From assembly GCA_964620965.1 (NCBI GenBank), contig CAZUHV010000001.1, positions 213,839 to 277,838 on the forward strand: DNA of 64,000 nucleotides, in the 5' to 3' direction. Below the pieces are notes generated by a model. That model searched no databases. It saw only the letters and a program-made list of their open reading frames with translations, and had not been told where the DNA came from. The position numbers were made by a program, and so were the translations under genes. This document shows, in pieces, positions 49,616 through 58,887 of the stretch. The first letter of the stretch is position 1, and the number at the start of each line of letters is the position of its first letter. Source of the stretch: an uncultured Pseudomonadales bacterium (lineage in GTDB: Bacteria; Patescibacteriota; Microgenomatia; UBA1400; PJMF01).

Positions 49616-51942
49616 TATTTAACAAACGTAACTGTAATTTTTTCTGTAGTTGCTGGCACTTTTTTCACAAAACTACTCAAAAAGCTTGGAATTACGGAGA
49701 ACTGGACTTCCTTTATTTCTTTTTGAGAAGCAAGTTCTTGAGTTGCTTGATTAAATTGTTTGCCTAAAATAGTTTGTTTAATAGTGTCTTCAGATAGTTT
49801 TGGAAGTGCATAAGAACTTATATTTACTTCAATAGCTACAACTGCATCTGTTTCCAGCTTATCTAGATCCGTTTGGGTTGGAGAAAATAATATCTGAGGA
49901 TCAACATCTTCAAGTTCATAGTTCTCTTTAAGTTCTTTTGAAAGAATCTCTTGAGCAACTGGTTTAAGATCTCCGCCACTGTATGTTAAAGCTTCAACCT
50001 CAACTTCAAGATCTAAAGTAACAGACTCTGCCTCTTCTTCTAGTTTTGCGTCAAATTTTGCTGTTTCATCAACAACAGAGTTTGAAGGCAATATATATGT
50101 CCCATTCCCAGATTCTGATTCGAATTCTTTGTTAATTTCCTCAACCAATTCTTTTCTTAAATCTACTTGAAGTTCATCCAAATCTGCTTGAGCAACTACC
50201 CTCACTTCTCTGCTTGAACCACCGGTAAAAGCTTGATCAATAACATATGCGTTATAGGTATTTGAAGCGTATGAAGCAACTGTTAACTCAGCATCTTTTT
50301 CCAAATTACTTTCTGCACCAATTTGAGCGGCCGTTACAGTTACATCTGTACGACCATAGTCTTCACCACCAGGCTTTGAACTTGCAGAAGCGATAGTAAT
50401 ATCATCATCAAGTGTAAAAACTAAATCTCCAAATTTAAGTTCAGTTCCTTTATTAAAGGTTTTTTCTGCATCAGTTTTGTTGTAAACAGAAACCTTGCCT
50501 TTCGCATTTTCACCAACAATCTTGATTCCAGTTGTTTGAATTGTACTTGTATCTGACGCTTTCTTTTTAACAGTCCCAGCAACAATTACTAGTTTTTCTA
50601 CATCTGTTTCTTTTGCTTTTGTATCGAGCGTTATCTTGATATCTTTGGAAATCACTTCTTTGTTTAGAGTAACTTTCGCTTGTACATTTGCAAATAATGC
50701 AGAACCAAACACCAGTCCAAGTACTAAAAATACTAAACCTAAAATAAATCCAATTCCTGCAAACCATTTTATATTTTTCTTATGACCCCAATCAATTTTT
50801 TTCTTTTCTTTTTTATCTAACACGATATCGTCTGACGTATCCATAAAATCGTCATCAACTGCTGTTAAGTTATCATCTTCTTGCGAGACAGTTTCTTTAA
50901 AAGTATTTATTTTAATTGGAATACCAAATGATGTTGCAGTTTCTTCTTCAAAACTTTTTTCTTCCTCTTCATGAGCTCTTTTTTCAAATGGATCTTCAAA
51001 GCCAAACTCTTGTGAATCTAATAAATCAGCTTCTTCTTGTTCAACTTCGGGATCATTTGCTCGAGTGCTTCCAGATAAAGAAGCTGCTAATGCCAAATCT
51101 GTGAGCCCCTTATGAGCTGCCGCATTTTTTCCTGCTTCGTTAGAAAGTGCTGTTAATAGTTTTTGGTCTGAAAACACCTCTACTGTTGGAGTTTGTATAA
51201 ATGGAGATTCTTCCTTCCAGTCAAGGTCATATACCTTTTGTTGGTATTCATGAAGTTCTGTGTCAGATAGGTCAAATGATGCTAACAGAATTTTTGGAGG
51301 TAAGTAATTACCCTGTTTTTCTGTATGTTTTTTGATTCGTGCAATTCCTTCTGTAAAATCACTTGCAAAATCAGCTGAACTGCCCACAACTTCTGACTCT
51401 TTTATTTTTCCCTGATAAACCAAAGTGAAAACAATTTCTTCTTTTGTTGCAACTACAAGAACTCCAGAAAATAAAGAATTCTCGTTCACTTTTTGTTGCG
51501 CCAAAGACTCGCTTACGTCGATAAAGCCCAGTGGTTTTAAATTAAGATCATCTGTTAGCTTCTTGATCAAAGGTTTTTTTTCATCAATAACTTCTCCATT
51601 TTTGACCCAAGAAGTGTTCACAGCAAAAATGGTTTCGCTAATTTTTTCCGACCTCTTATCCAATTGCTGTAGCGCTTTGTCAGTTTGCTCAACACATTGA
51701 GCTAGTCCTTCATACTCTAGTTCCCTAGATTTATCAAGAATTTGAACTCCTGCAGTTGAAAGCTCAAGTAAAGCTGTCTGCAATTTAGCGTCAGATATTA
51801 TTACAAATAAAACCAACTCTTCTGAAGGCTTTTTAGTATTGCTAGAAAATAAATTTGGTAAATCCATACTCTTTTTTTGTTTAACACAAATACGCACCCT
51901 CATTTTTGGGGTTACTATCATTAAAGCAAATTTTTTATTCAA
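49615..51942 (-). CDS. large bitopic membrane protein of unknown function, co-transcribed with sortase
   Basis: 775 aa. A roughly 390-aa cytoplasmic N-terminus, one TM (WFAGIGFILGLVFLVLGLVFG), and a roughly 355-aa beta-rich Thr/Ser/Asp-rich ectodomain. 1-nt overlap with the sortase gene. Confidence 0.6.
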   Translation of the reverse strand: MNKKFALMIVTPKMRVRICVKQKKSMDLPNLFSSNTKKPSEELVLFVIISDAKLQTALLELSTAGVQILDKSRELEYEGLAQCVEQTDKALQQLDKRSEKISETIFAVNTSWVKNGEVIDEKKPLIKKLTDDLNLKPLGFIDVSESLAQQKVNENSLFSGVLVVATKEEIVFTLVYQGKIKESEVVGSSADFASDFTEGIARIKKHTEKQGNYLPPKILLASFDLSDTELHEYQQKVYDLDWKEESPFIQTPTVEVFSDQKLLTALSNEAGKNAAAHKGLTDLALAASLSGSTRANDPEVEQEEADLLDSQEFGFEDPFEKRAHEEEEKSFEEETATSFGIPIKINTFKETVSQEDDNLTAVDDDFMDTSDDIVLDKKEKKKIDWGHKKNIKWFAGIGFILGLVFLVLGLVFGSALFANVQAKVTLNKEVISKDIKITLDTKAKETDVEKLVIVAGTVKKKASDTSTIQTTGIKIVGENAKGKVSVYNKTDAEKTFNKGTELKFGDLVFTLDDDITIASASSKPGGEDYGRTDVTVTAAQIGAESNLEKDAELTVASYASNTYNAYVIDQAFTGGSSREVRVVAQADLDELQVDLRKELVEEINKEFESESGNGTYILPSNSVVDETAKFDAKLEEEAESVTLDLEVEVEALTYSGGDLKPVAQEILSKELKENYELEDVDPQILFSPTQTDLDKLETDAVVAIEVNISSYALPKLSEDTIKQTILGKQFNQATQELASQKEIKEVQFSVIPSFLSSFVKKVPATTEKITVTFVK

Positions 51943-51969
51943 GTTAAAGAGGAAGAGTGATGTAAACCT

Positions 51970-52755
51970 CTAGATTTCAATTTCACAGATCAGTGGCTTA
52001 TGATCAGAGACATCTACTTCTGAAACTTCTTTTGCAACTACTGCTATATCCTTTGTAACAAAAAACATATCAACAACTGAACTTGCATATCCAGGACTCT
52101 TGACTAAATCTTTTCTTCTGATATTAAAAGAGCTTTGCATCTCACCATAAAAAACACTCACTAATTTTTCCCTTAAAGCATCTACTGTCTGAGTTTTTTC
52201 ATGTACATTAAAATCACCCGCTAAAACCAGCGGAGCATTTTCTCCAACTTCAGATAAAATCTTTTCTGCCATCTCTAGCCGTCTTGGAGTATCTCCGCCA
52301 TGTTCACCCCAAATTCCTTGTGTGTTTAAAATATGGAGTTTTTTTGTACCAATTAAGGTAGTAACATGTTGCAAATTTCTTGGAGTTATATGATATTGGG
52401 TAGCATCATATGGATCTCTCCCTCCAAATGGCACATCATAAAAAATAGTAGCAACTTCTTCTAAGGGAAACTTACTAAAAACCGCATTTCCTTGAATGAC
52501 TCTCAACAACTTACCATCATTGCTTAATTCGTCAGAATCTTCTTCAAATGTTGGAGCAAAAGCTGCGTATTCAAAACCAAGTTCCTTTTGTAATTCAGAA
52601 AAAGATTTGAACTGTTTTTTTTGAAACCTCGTATCTCCATTGTAAATTTCTTGAGTCAATAAAATATCAGGGTTTTCCCTTTTAAGAAACTCAAGAAGTG
52701 CTTCCCAAAGAATCCCTCCTATCCAAATATTGATATTGATTACTTTTAGTCTCAT
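51970..52755 (-). CDS. endonuclease/exonuclease/phosphatase (EEP) family protein
   Basis: N-terminal ININIWIGG...LLTQE and C-terminal SDHKPLICEIEI are EEP catalytic motifs. Confidence 0.7.
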   Translation of the reverse strand: MRLKVININIWIGGILWEALLEFLKRENPDILLTQEIYNGDTRFQKKQFKSFSELQKELGFEYAAFAPTFEEDSDELSNDGKLLRVIQGNAVFSKFPLEEVATIFYDVPFGGRDPYDATQYHITPRNLQHVTTLIGTKKLHILNTQGIWGEHGGDTPRRLEMAEKILSEVGENAPLVLAGDFNVHEKTQTVDALREKLVSVFYGEMQSSFNIRRKDLVKSPGYASSVVDMFFVTKDIAVVAKEVSEVDVSDHKPLICEIEI

Positions 52756-54608
52756 TCTAAATAAATTCTTCTAATTCCAGCTGAAGATGCCTTTTCTTTT
52801 ACAACCTTGATTGGACCAATTTCACCAGTATGTGTCACATGTGGCCCTCCACAGAATTCTTTAGAAACCCAGTTTGTCTCGGGATCATTTCCAATTGTAT
52901 ACACAGTAACTTCATCAGGATACTTCTCAACAAAAAATGCGATTGCTCCAGATTTTAAGGCATCCTCTTTTTTCATTGTTTTGACTGTAACCGGAAGATC
53001 TGCTTGAACCCATTCATTAATTTGCTTTTCTACTGCTTTCTTTTCATCTTCAGTTAAAGCTGTATTATGGGAAAAGTCAAAACGCAGTCTCTCTGCAGTA
53101 ATGTTTGAACCTTTTTGTTGGACATGAGTACCCAATATTTTTCTGAGTGCCGCATGTAATAAATGAGTTGCTGTATGATATCTAGTTGTTTGTTCACTAC
53201 TGTCCTGCAACCCTCCTTTAAATTTACCAGCAGAAGCTGTTCGTGATTGATCAGAATGCACTTGTTTTGCGGACTCAAACTCTTCTAAAGAAAGGTCATA
53301 GCCTTTTTCTTTAGCAATCTCTTGACTTAACTCAAATGGAAAACCATATGTTTCATATAATTTAAAAGCTACTTCTCCTGTAAGTGTAGTAACTTTTTCT
53401 ACTTCCCGAAGTCCTTTTTCTAAGGTTTTAGCAAACTTCTTTTCTTCTGATGCAAGACCCAAAGAAATTTTTTCAATATTCGCAGAAACACTAGGATACG
53501 AATCCTTATAAATTTCTGCAATTACTTTTGCTAAATCTGCCAAAAATGGTTTTTGAATACCAATCATTTTTGCATATCGAATTGATCTTCTTACTAAGCG
53601 TCTTGCAAAATAACCTTGTTCCTTGCTAGAAGGAAATACTCCATCAGCAGCAAGCATAGTAGCAGCTCTAATATGATCTGCAATCACTCTAAATGACTGC
53701 TTCACTGTAGTATCAGAATATTTTTTGCCAGATAGATTCTCCAAAAACTCAATTATTGGAGTAAAAACAGTAGTAACAAAAACGTCGTCAGTGTCATTTT
53801 TAACTGCTAAGATTCTTTCAAATCCACCTCCAAAGTCCACGTTTTTTTGAGCTAGCTCTTTAAAGCTACCATCTGCTTGTTTTTGAAACTGCATAAAAAC
53901 CGAGTTTCCGATTTCTAAAAATCTTCCACAGTCACAGTTAACATGACAAGGCTCATCTTTAAAAGCAGAATTTTCGTGCAACTGTCGCTCTGCACCAAAG
54001 TCATAAAAGACTTCGCTATCTGGACCACCTGGTTCACCTTCTGGCATATTTTTAGGAACACCTGCTCTAGACCACCAGTTTTTTGTCTCATCATAATAGA
54101 AAATTCTTCCGCCCTGCATTCCTTTGGTTTCTGCAAAATCAATGTCAGTTGCTTCAATTCCTGCAGAATTAAACAGCTCTTTCCAGATTGCAACAGACTC
54201 TGAATCTCTATCTATTCCCAACTCAGTGTTTCCTCTAAAAACAGTCACAAAAAGTTTGTTTGGATCCAGTCCAACCTCTTTTGTTAAAAACTCAAAAAAC
54301 CATGTCAATTGCTCCTTTTTGAAATAATCACCAAGAGACCAATTGCCTAACATCTCGAAGAAAGTTGTATGACGATTGTCCCCAACTTCTTCAATATCTT
54401 GAGACCTAAAACATTTTTGACTGTCTGCAATGCGAGTTCCTTTTGGATGTTTTGCTCCAAGAAGATACTCAATCATTGGTTGCATTCCTGAACCGGTAAA
54501 CAAAGTTGTTGGATCGTTTTCTGGCACAAGAGATGATGATGGCACAATAGCATGTCCCTGTGTTTCAAAAAAACTGAGATACTTTGAACGTAATTCATCT
54601 GGTTGCAT
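52752..54608 (-). CDS. alaS: alanine--tRNA ligase, short form lacking the C-terminal C-Ala domain
   Basis: Class II catalytic core (FFETQGH, TLFTGSGMQPM), editing-domain HxxxH (HTATHLLHAAL) and CGGPHV. 618 aa. Confidence 0.85.
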   Translation of the reverse strand: MQPDELRSKYLSFFETQGHAIVPSSSLVPENDPTTLFTGSGMQPMIEYLLGAKHPKGTRIADSQKCFRSQDIEEVGDNRHTTFFEMLGNWSLGDYFKKEQLTWFFEFLTKEVGLDPNKLFVTVFRGNTELGIDRDSESVAIWKELFNSAGIEATDIDFAETKGMQGGRIFYYDETKNWWSRAGVPKNMPEGEPGGPDSEVFYDFGAERQLHENSAFKDEPCHVNCDCGRFLEIGNSVFMQFQKQADGSFKELAQKNVDFGGGFERILAVKNDTDDVFVTTVFTPIIEFLENLSGKKYSDTTVKQSFRVIADHIRAATMLAADGVFPSSKEQGYFARRLVRRSIRYAKMIGIQKPFLADLAKVIAEIYKDSYPSVSANIEKISLGLASEEKKFAKTLEKGLREVEKVTTLTGEVAFKLYETYGFPFELSQEIAKEKGYDLSLEEFESAKQVHSDQSRTASAGKFKGGLQDSSEQTTRYHTATHLLHAALRKILGTHVQQKGSNITAERLRFDFSHNTALTEDEKKAVEKQINEWVQADLPVTVKTMKKEDALKSGAIAFFVEKYPDEVTVYTIGNDPETNWVSKEFCGGPHVTHTGEIGPIKVVKEKASSAGIRRIYLE

Positions 54609-54732
54609 ATGTTCCTTTATATATATTTTATATTATCTTTATTGGAGGGACTTAAAACAGTGCTAAAAACGCAAAAAAGCTTTGCATCTTTCATGCCAGC
54701 TGAATTTTCAAGTAAAATTCAGGGCCTGAAAG

Positions 54733-54975
54733 AAAAAAACCTCACTCCAAAATACTTTATACTAAAGTACAAGGACGTGAGGAACGTGGTACCACCTTGC
54801 TTCTCTGCAGCTATTACTACAAGCAGACTCGCATTCAGAATAATTAAATAAACTATATAACTCTTCTGAATTCTCTCTTTTTACGGTTGAAATCCGGAAC
54901 TACTCTTCGTAGTCAGCTCATCAAACGGCCAAACTATTTTTAGTATCCGCTTGCACCAACCGCGAACTCTCTTAC
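54733..54975 (-). promoter_or_regulatory. putative T-box riboswitch leader of alaS
   Basis: On the minus strand: AGAGAG near the 5' end, and a GGUGCAAGC segment with a GCA (Ala) codon as specifier candidate. The T-box-like sequence AAGGUGGUACCACG (consensus AGGGUGGNACCGCG; UGGU would pair with tRNA-Ala ACCA). This is immediately followed by a long terminator hairpin CCUCACGUCC...GGAGUGAGG plus U7 (plus coordinates 54733-54782), about 120 nt before the alaS ATG. Confidence 0.5.
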
Positions 54976-55030
54976 AATATTTCGTATTGCTACTAAAAAA
55001 TAATTCTCTTTTTGAATCAATGCTTTTATT

Positions 55031-55046
55031 AACTTGTTAACAAGTT
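55031..55046. promoter_or_regulatory. perfect 16-bp palindrome AACTTGTTAACAAGTT in the divergent intergenic region (candidate operator)
   Basis: Self-complementary 16-mer between the alaS promoter and the plus-strand gene at 55128. Confidence 0.35.
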
Positions 55047-55048
55047 GT

Positions 55049-55078
55049 ATTTTACTTTAGCCAAGTATGATTTGTCAA
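55049..55078 (-). promoter_or_regulatory. sigma70-like promoter for the alaS leader (TTGACA, 18 nt spacer, TAAAAT)
   Basis: Consensus -35 read on the minus strand. Confidence 0.4.
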
Positions 55079-55127
55079 ACTAATACTACCATCCAACCAC
55101 TAAAATGCAGTACAATGTGTATGTATC

Positions 55128-55616
55128 ATGGTAGACACAAATAACTTGCAAAACGAGGTTAATACTCTTTTGGGCGATAAAACTCCTCCCGAGTTTCAAT
55201 CTCCTGTTATGCCTGTTTCCCAAATTAGTAATCAACCTATACTCAGACCTGCTGTTGAAGCAGACCAATACCAAAATATAGCTCCACCTATACAAAGTAA
55301 TCCTCAATCCTATATTCAGCCTCAAATTTTTGAAGAAAGTAAAAAAAACAATTATGGAATGCTTATTGGAGTGCTTGTTTTACTTATAGTAGGCTCGGCA
55401 ACTGCTTTCACATTTAGAACAAAAATCTTTGGACCACTTACATACTCAGACTGTCTCAAGTCTCCAGGAAGTTCTCATGTAAGTTTAACCCCCCGATATT
55501 GTGTTATGCCAGATGGAGATGTGTTTTTTGAGAACAAAAATTTGATTACCGATGAATCTGGACTAGAGCCTACACCGTTTGATCAAAGTATTGTGCCAGG
55601 ATTGGAAGGGTATTAA
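55128..55616 (+). CDS. hypothetical membrane-anchored protein (Pro/Gln-rich N-terminus, one TM, small Cys-containing ectodomain)
   Basis: TM MLIGVLVLLIVGSATAF. No recognisable family. Confidence 0.5.
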   Translation: MVDTNNLQNEVNTLLGDKTPPEFQSPVMPVSQISNQPILRPAVEADQYQNIAPPIQSNPQSYIQPQIFEESKKNNYGMLIGVLVLLIVGSATAFTFRTKIFGPLTYSDCLKSPGSSHVSLTPRYCVMPDGDVFFENKNLITDESGLEPTPFDQSIVPGLEGY

Positions 55617-55618
55617 AC

Positions 55619-55951
55619 TTAAATACCTTTAAAGATACTTTTCTTAAGTTTTGTCTTCTTTTTTGTTTGTTTCTTTTTTGTGGAATCTTGATCTGAGTCA
55701 CACTCATCAAGAAAGTCAGCGATTTTCATTCGAGCTGCTTTAATATAATCAGTAATCTCTGCTTCTGCTTCAGACAATTTGCCTTCTTTAATTAAAGCAT
55801 CTCTAAAATCATTCCAGTGATCTGCAAATTTAGCTTTTATTTCTCTGCCTTCTTTTGTCTGCATTAAAAAATAGCCAACTGCGCCTGCAAGAAAACCAAC
55901 TAAAATGCCAGAAGAAAAAGAACCTTGTTCTTGATTATTTTCAGAATTCAT
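55619..55951 (-). CDS. small membrane protein, YtxH-like
   Basis: N-terminal TM GILVGFLAGAVGYFLM, then a helical region and a Lys-rich tail. Confidence 0.45.
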   Translation of the reverse strand: MNSENNQEQGSFSSGILVGFLAGAVGYFLMQTKEGREIKAKFADHWNDFRDALIKEGKLSEAEAEITDYIKAARMKIADFLDECDSDQDSTKKKQTKKKTKLKKSIFKGI

Positions 55952-55959
55952 ATTCGCTA

Positions 55960-56238
55960 CTACTTACTCTTTTTAGAGCCACCTTTATTCAAGTATGAAG
56001 TAAATGCTTCAAACATCTGCATACCTGTTTTCAATCCAGAAAGAGCTCCTCCTAAATTTTGAAATGGGCTCACAAAGCTCTGGACCTTGTCTTCAACTAC
56101 CTCAAGTGTGTCATTGACTCGCTTAAGTGTTCTTCTAACTTCTGTTAAAACAAGAATTATCTGTATTCCAACAACACTCAAAACAATTGTTAAGATAACC
56201 AATACTACCGAAAAAACCACTGGGACAATATTTTCCAT
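55960..56238 (-). CDS. small membrane protein, DUF948-like
   Basis: N-terminal TM followed by TEVRRTLKRVNDTLEVVEDKV, the coiled-coil pattern of DUF948. Confidence 0.45.
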   Translation of the reverse strand: MENIVPVVFSVVLVILTIVLSVVGIQIILVLTEVRRTLKRVNDTLEVVEDKVQSFVSPFQNLGGALSGLKTGMQMFEAFTSYLNKGGSKKSK

Positions 56239-56257
56239 ATACTTCTAGTATAGCTCA

Positions 56258-56932
56258 TTAAAATTGAACTGTCACACTCCTCTCAATAATACTTACTTTT
56301 CCTCTTCTATCTTTTGCTTGAATAGTAAATAAAGAAATCCCTTCATTTGGAACAATAATTTCCGTATGAAATTTGCCATCTGGTTGCAGGGCAACTGGCT
56401 GGTCATTCACAGTCACAATAGCATCTTGCAATGTTTCTCCTTCAACAATCACTTTGGAAGAAACAACTGCCTGCTCTTTTGGTTGGGTAACAACCAATTT
56501 TGGTGGCTTTGTAAGGTTGTACCACTGAAATCCAACATATCCAAACAAACTTAAAAATACTGCTATCAGCATTACCAGCACAGCAGTTATCGAACTTTTT
56601 CTCGCTCTCTTTTTTAAAACAGGCTTAATGAATTCTCTTGGAATGAGCCTTCCTTTGGCACTTTCTTTATAGTCACGACGAAGCATTGCTAATAAAGGTT
56701 TATGATCAAAACCAAACACGTGTGCATATGTCTTAATATAACCTTTAACAAACGTTGTAGCAGGTAGATCTTCAAAACGATTCTCTTCTAGAGCTTCTAA
56801 ATAGGAAGCTCTTATCCTTGTTTTTTTTGCCAAATCTTCAAGACGTAGCCTATGCTTCATTCTTTCATCTTTGAGTGTTTCGCCAATGGTTTTTGTTCTC
56901 ATACCTACTAAAAATTCCCTGTTTGTGCTCAA
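56258..56932 (-). CDS. RodZ-like helix-turn-helix membrane protein
   Basis: N-terminal XRE-type HTH (IGETLKDERMKHRLRLEDLAKKTRIRASYLEALE...FVKGYIKTYAHVFG), a central TM, and a C-terminal periplasmic domain. Confidence 0.6.
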   Translation of the reverse strand: MSTNREFLVGMRTKTIGETLKDERMKHRLRLEDLAKKTRIRASYLEALEENRFEDLPATTFVKGYIKTYAHVFGFDHKPLLAMLRRDYKESAKGRLIPREFIKPVLKKRARKSSITAVLVMLIAVFLSLFGYVGFQWYNLTKPPKLVVTQPKEQAVVSSKVIVEGETLQDAIVTVNDQPVALQPDGKFHTEIIVPNEGISLFTIQAKDRRGKVSIIERSVTVQF

Positions 56933-56987
56933 TATACCACAACAGACCTAATTAAAATGTATTCTTTTGTAAAATTCTAGTACAACC

Positions 56988-57419
56988 TTATTGCAGTTTT
57001 GCTCTTACCAAAGCAGAAACTCTTGAACCATCAGCTTTTCCAGCAACTTCTTTCATTGCTGCACCAATAAGTTTACCCATATTTTTATCTTCAGCTGATT
57101 CAACAACTTTTGATACTATTGCATCAAGCTCCTCATCAGAAAGTTGCTCTGGAAGGTAGCTTTCCATAATTGCAATTTTTTCTTCTTCCTCTGCAACCAT
57201 TTCATCTCTCCCAGCATTTCTAAAATCTGTGACAGCATCTTTTAGTTTTTTAACCTGAGTAGCAATGACTTTTTCAACACCGGCATCATCTTGAACACCG
57301 TTGTCTATCTCGAAATTTTTAATTTCTGATCTCAAAAATCTAATAACACCAAGCTTGACCATATTTTTGTCACGCATAGCTTGCTTCATGTCTTCCATCA
57401 ATTGTTCTTGTAAATTCAT
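56988..57419 (-). CDS. GatB/YqeY-domain protein
   Basis: MKQAMRDKNMVKLGVIRFLRSEIKN and a C-terminal helical domain typical of YqeY. Confidence 0.75.
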   Translation of the reverse strand: MNLQEQLMEDMKQAMRDKNMVKLGVIRFLRSEIKNFEIDNGVQDDAGVEKVIATQVKKLKDAVTDFRNAGRDEMVAEEEEKIAIMESYLPEQLSDEELDAIVSKVVESAEDKNMGKLIGAAMKEVAGKADGSRVSALVRAKLQ

Positions 57420-57448
57420 ATATTTCCTCTCTGTTTTACAGTACTTGA

Positions 57449-57838
57449 TTATATCACGTGATACGACTCAACATCATATTGTTTTGCATCAGCATACTCA
57501 AATAAAACACCAAATTTAAACTCTGAAATGTTCTTTACCGCATGTGGTACAAATGGAGGAATTTTAATCAATTGTACTTTTTCTGGATCAGTCATAAATT
57601 TTTCTTGTCTTTTACCAGTGTCATCCACCCAATACAAAACAAGTTCTCCCATAGCTATGAACCACTCTGTTCTTGGGTGTTTATGATTACCTCCAACTGC
57701 GCCCGGAGAAAAATGTACAATCTGCGCGTCTTTTATGACATCCTTATCTATTGGAAGATCGTTTAAATTTAAAACCCAAAGATTATTATTATCTTTTTTA
57801 TATGAATACTCTAAAGGAATAATTTGTGGCTCACTCAT
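57449..57838 (-). CDS. cupin-fold protein (WxcM/FdtA-like sugar isomerase-like)
   Basis: FSPGAVGGNHKHPRTEWFIAMGELVLYWVDD...VPHAVKN has the cupin metal-binding pattern. 129 aa. Confidence 0.45.
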   Translation of the reverse strand: MSEPQIIPLEYSYKKDNNNLWVLNLNDLPIDKDVIKDAQIVHFSPGAVGGNHKHPRTEWFIAMGELVLYWVDDTGKRQEKFMTDPEKVQLIKIPPFVPHAVKNISEFKFGVLFEYADAKQYDVESYHVI

Positions 57839-57914
57839 GGTATGAGTATAACAAAGAAAATCCCCCAGACAAAGTCTGGGGGATTAATTTTTAATTCAAA
57901 CTAACAACTTACAG

Positions 57915-58724
57915 TTAGTCAGCTGTAAATAATCTGTCTGAGAAATCCCAGAAAGCATCATTTCCTGCAAGTTTGAAGACACACTCTGCAGCTTCAGCAG
58001 CTTTTTGAGCGCTTGGATGGAAAGATAATGGATAGTGTCGATAGACCCAACCAATATCGTTTCCGTAATCTTCCATAAGTTGTGTCATAGTAGGGTGAAA
58101 TCTTTCACAGAATGGACACTCATAGTCTGAGTATTCAACTAAGACAACTCTTGCACCTTTTTTACCTCTGTAGTTATCATCATTGGTAACTGCAGGAGCG
58201 TTTGCGACATCTGCTGATAAGGTAGGATCAATTGCTCCACCATTGACATATTTTTCAACAATTGGCTTAACTTGTTCGTATGGTAATGCTCCACCAATTA
58301 GTTCTGCTGGTTTACCATCAACAAAGATAATTGTTCCTGGAGTTCCTTGAACACCACCTGTTTGACCACCGGCCATTTGAGCAGCAACTCTGTCTGCCAT
58401 TTCACCAGAGTCAATACATTTTTGAAGATCTGCTTCCTTAACTTTTGTAACATCTGTTGCTTTTGCAACTAATGCTGGAATAGTTAGGTTTCTTGCAGCA
58501 GCTACTTCGCCTGTGCCTGCATCAGCTGTAGGAGCAGCAACACCAGTTCCACCAGCATAACCACCACCTTTTAATACTTTATTTTCGGTCCACAATGAAC
58601 CAACAAAGAATCCACCAAAGAAAAATGCAACCATTAATACAATGAGCACAAAATTTTCTTGGAGAAAGTTCATGAAACTCTGAAGTGAATATGGATTTTC
58701 AGAGCTTGGTTGAGCTTTTGCCAT
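57915..58724 (-). CDS. DsbA-family thiol:disulfide oxidoreductase, membrane anchored
   Basis: N-terminal TM. CPFC active site in YSDYECPFCERFHP. Confidence 0.7.
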   Translation of the reverse strand: MAKAQPSSENPYSLQSFMNFLQENFVLIVLMVAFFFGGFFVGSLWTENKVLKGGGYAGGTGVAAPTADAGTGEVAAARNLTIPALVAKATDVTKVKEADLQKCIDSGEMADRVAAQMAGGQTGGVQGTPGTIIFVDGKPAELIGGALPYEQVKPIVEKYVNGGAIDPTLSADVANAPAVTNDDNYRGKKGARVVLVEYSDYECPFCERFHPTMTQLMEDYGNDIGWVYRHYPLSFHPSAQKAAEAAECVFKLAGNDAFWDFSDRLFTAD

Positions 58725-58887
58725 CTTTAATTTCCTTTCTTACTTTATTACATACACAATTGCGAAGGGACGCAAACGTAACTATAATCTTCATACACTT
58801 TCTCAAAAAAAACAAGTACTATTTATTGTAGTAATTAAACTAAAATTTAAGTTGTATACTACTCTTATATAAAAAGAGTAATAAATC

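Noticed and set aside
54603-54851. 82-aa plus-strand ORF
   Set aside because: Overlaps the alaS leader and terminator region, with no RBS; better explained as riboswitch RNA.
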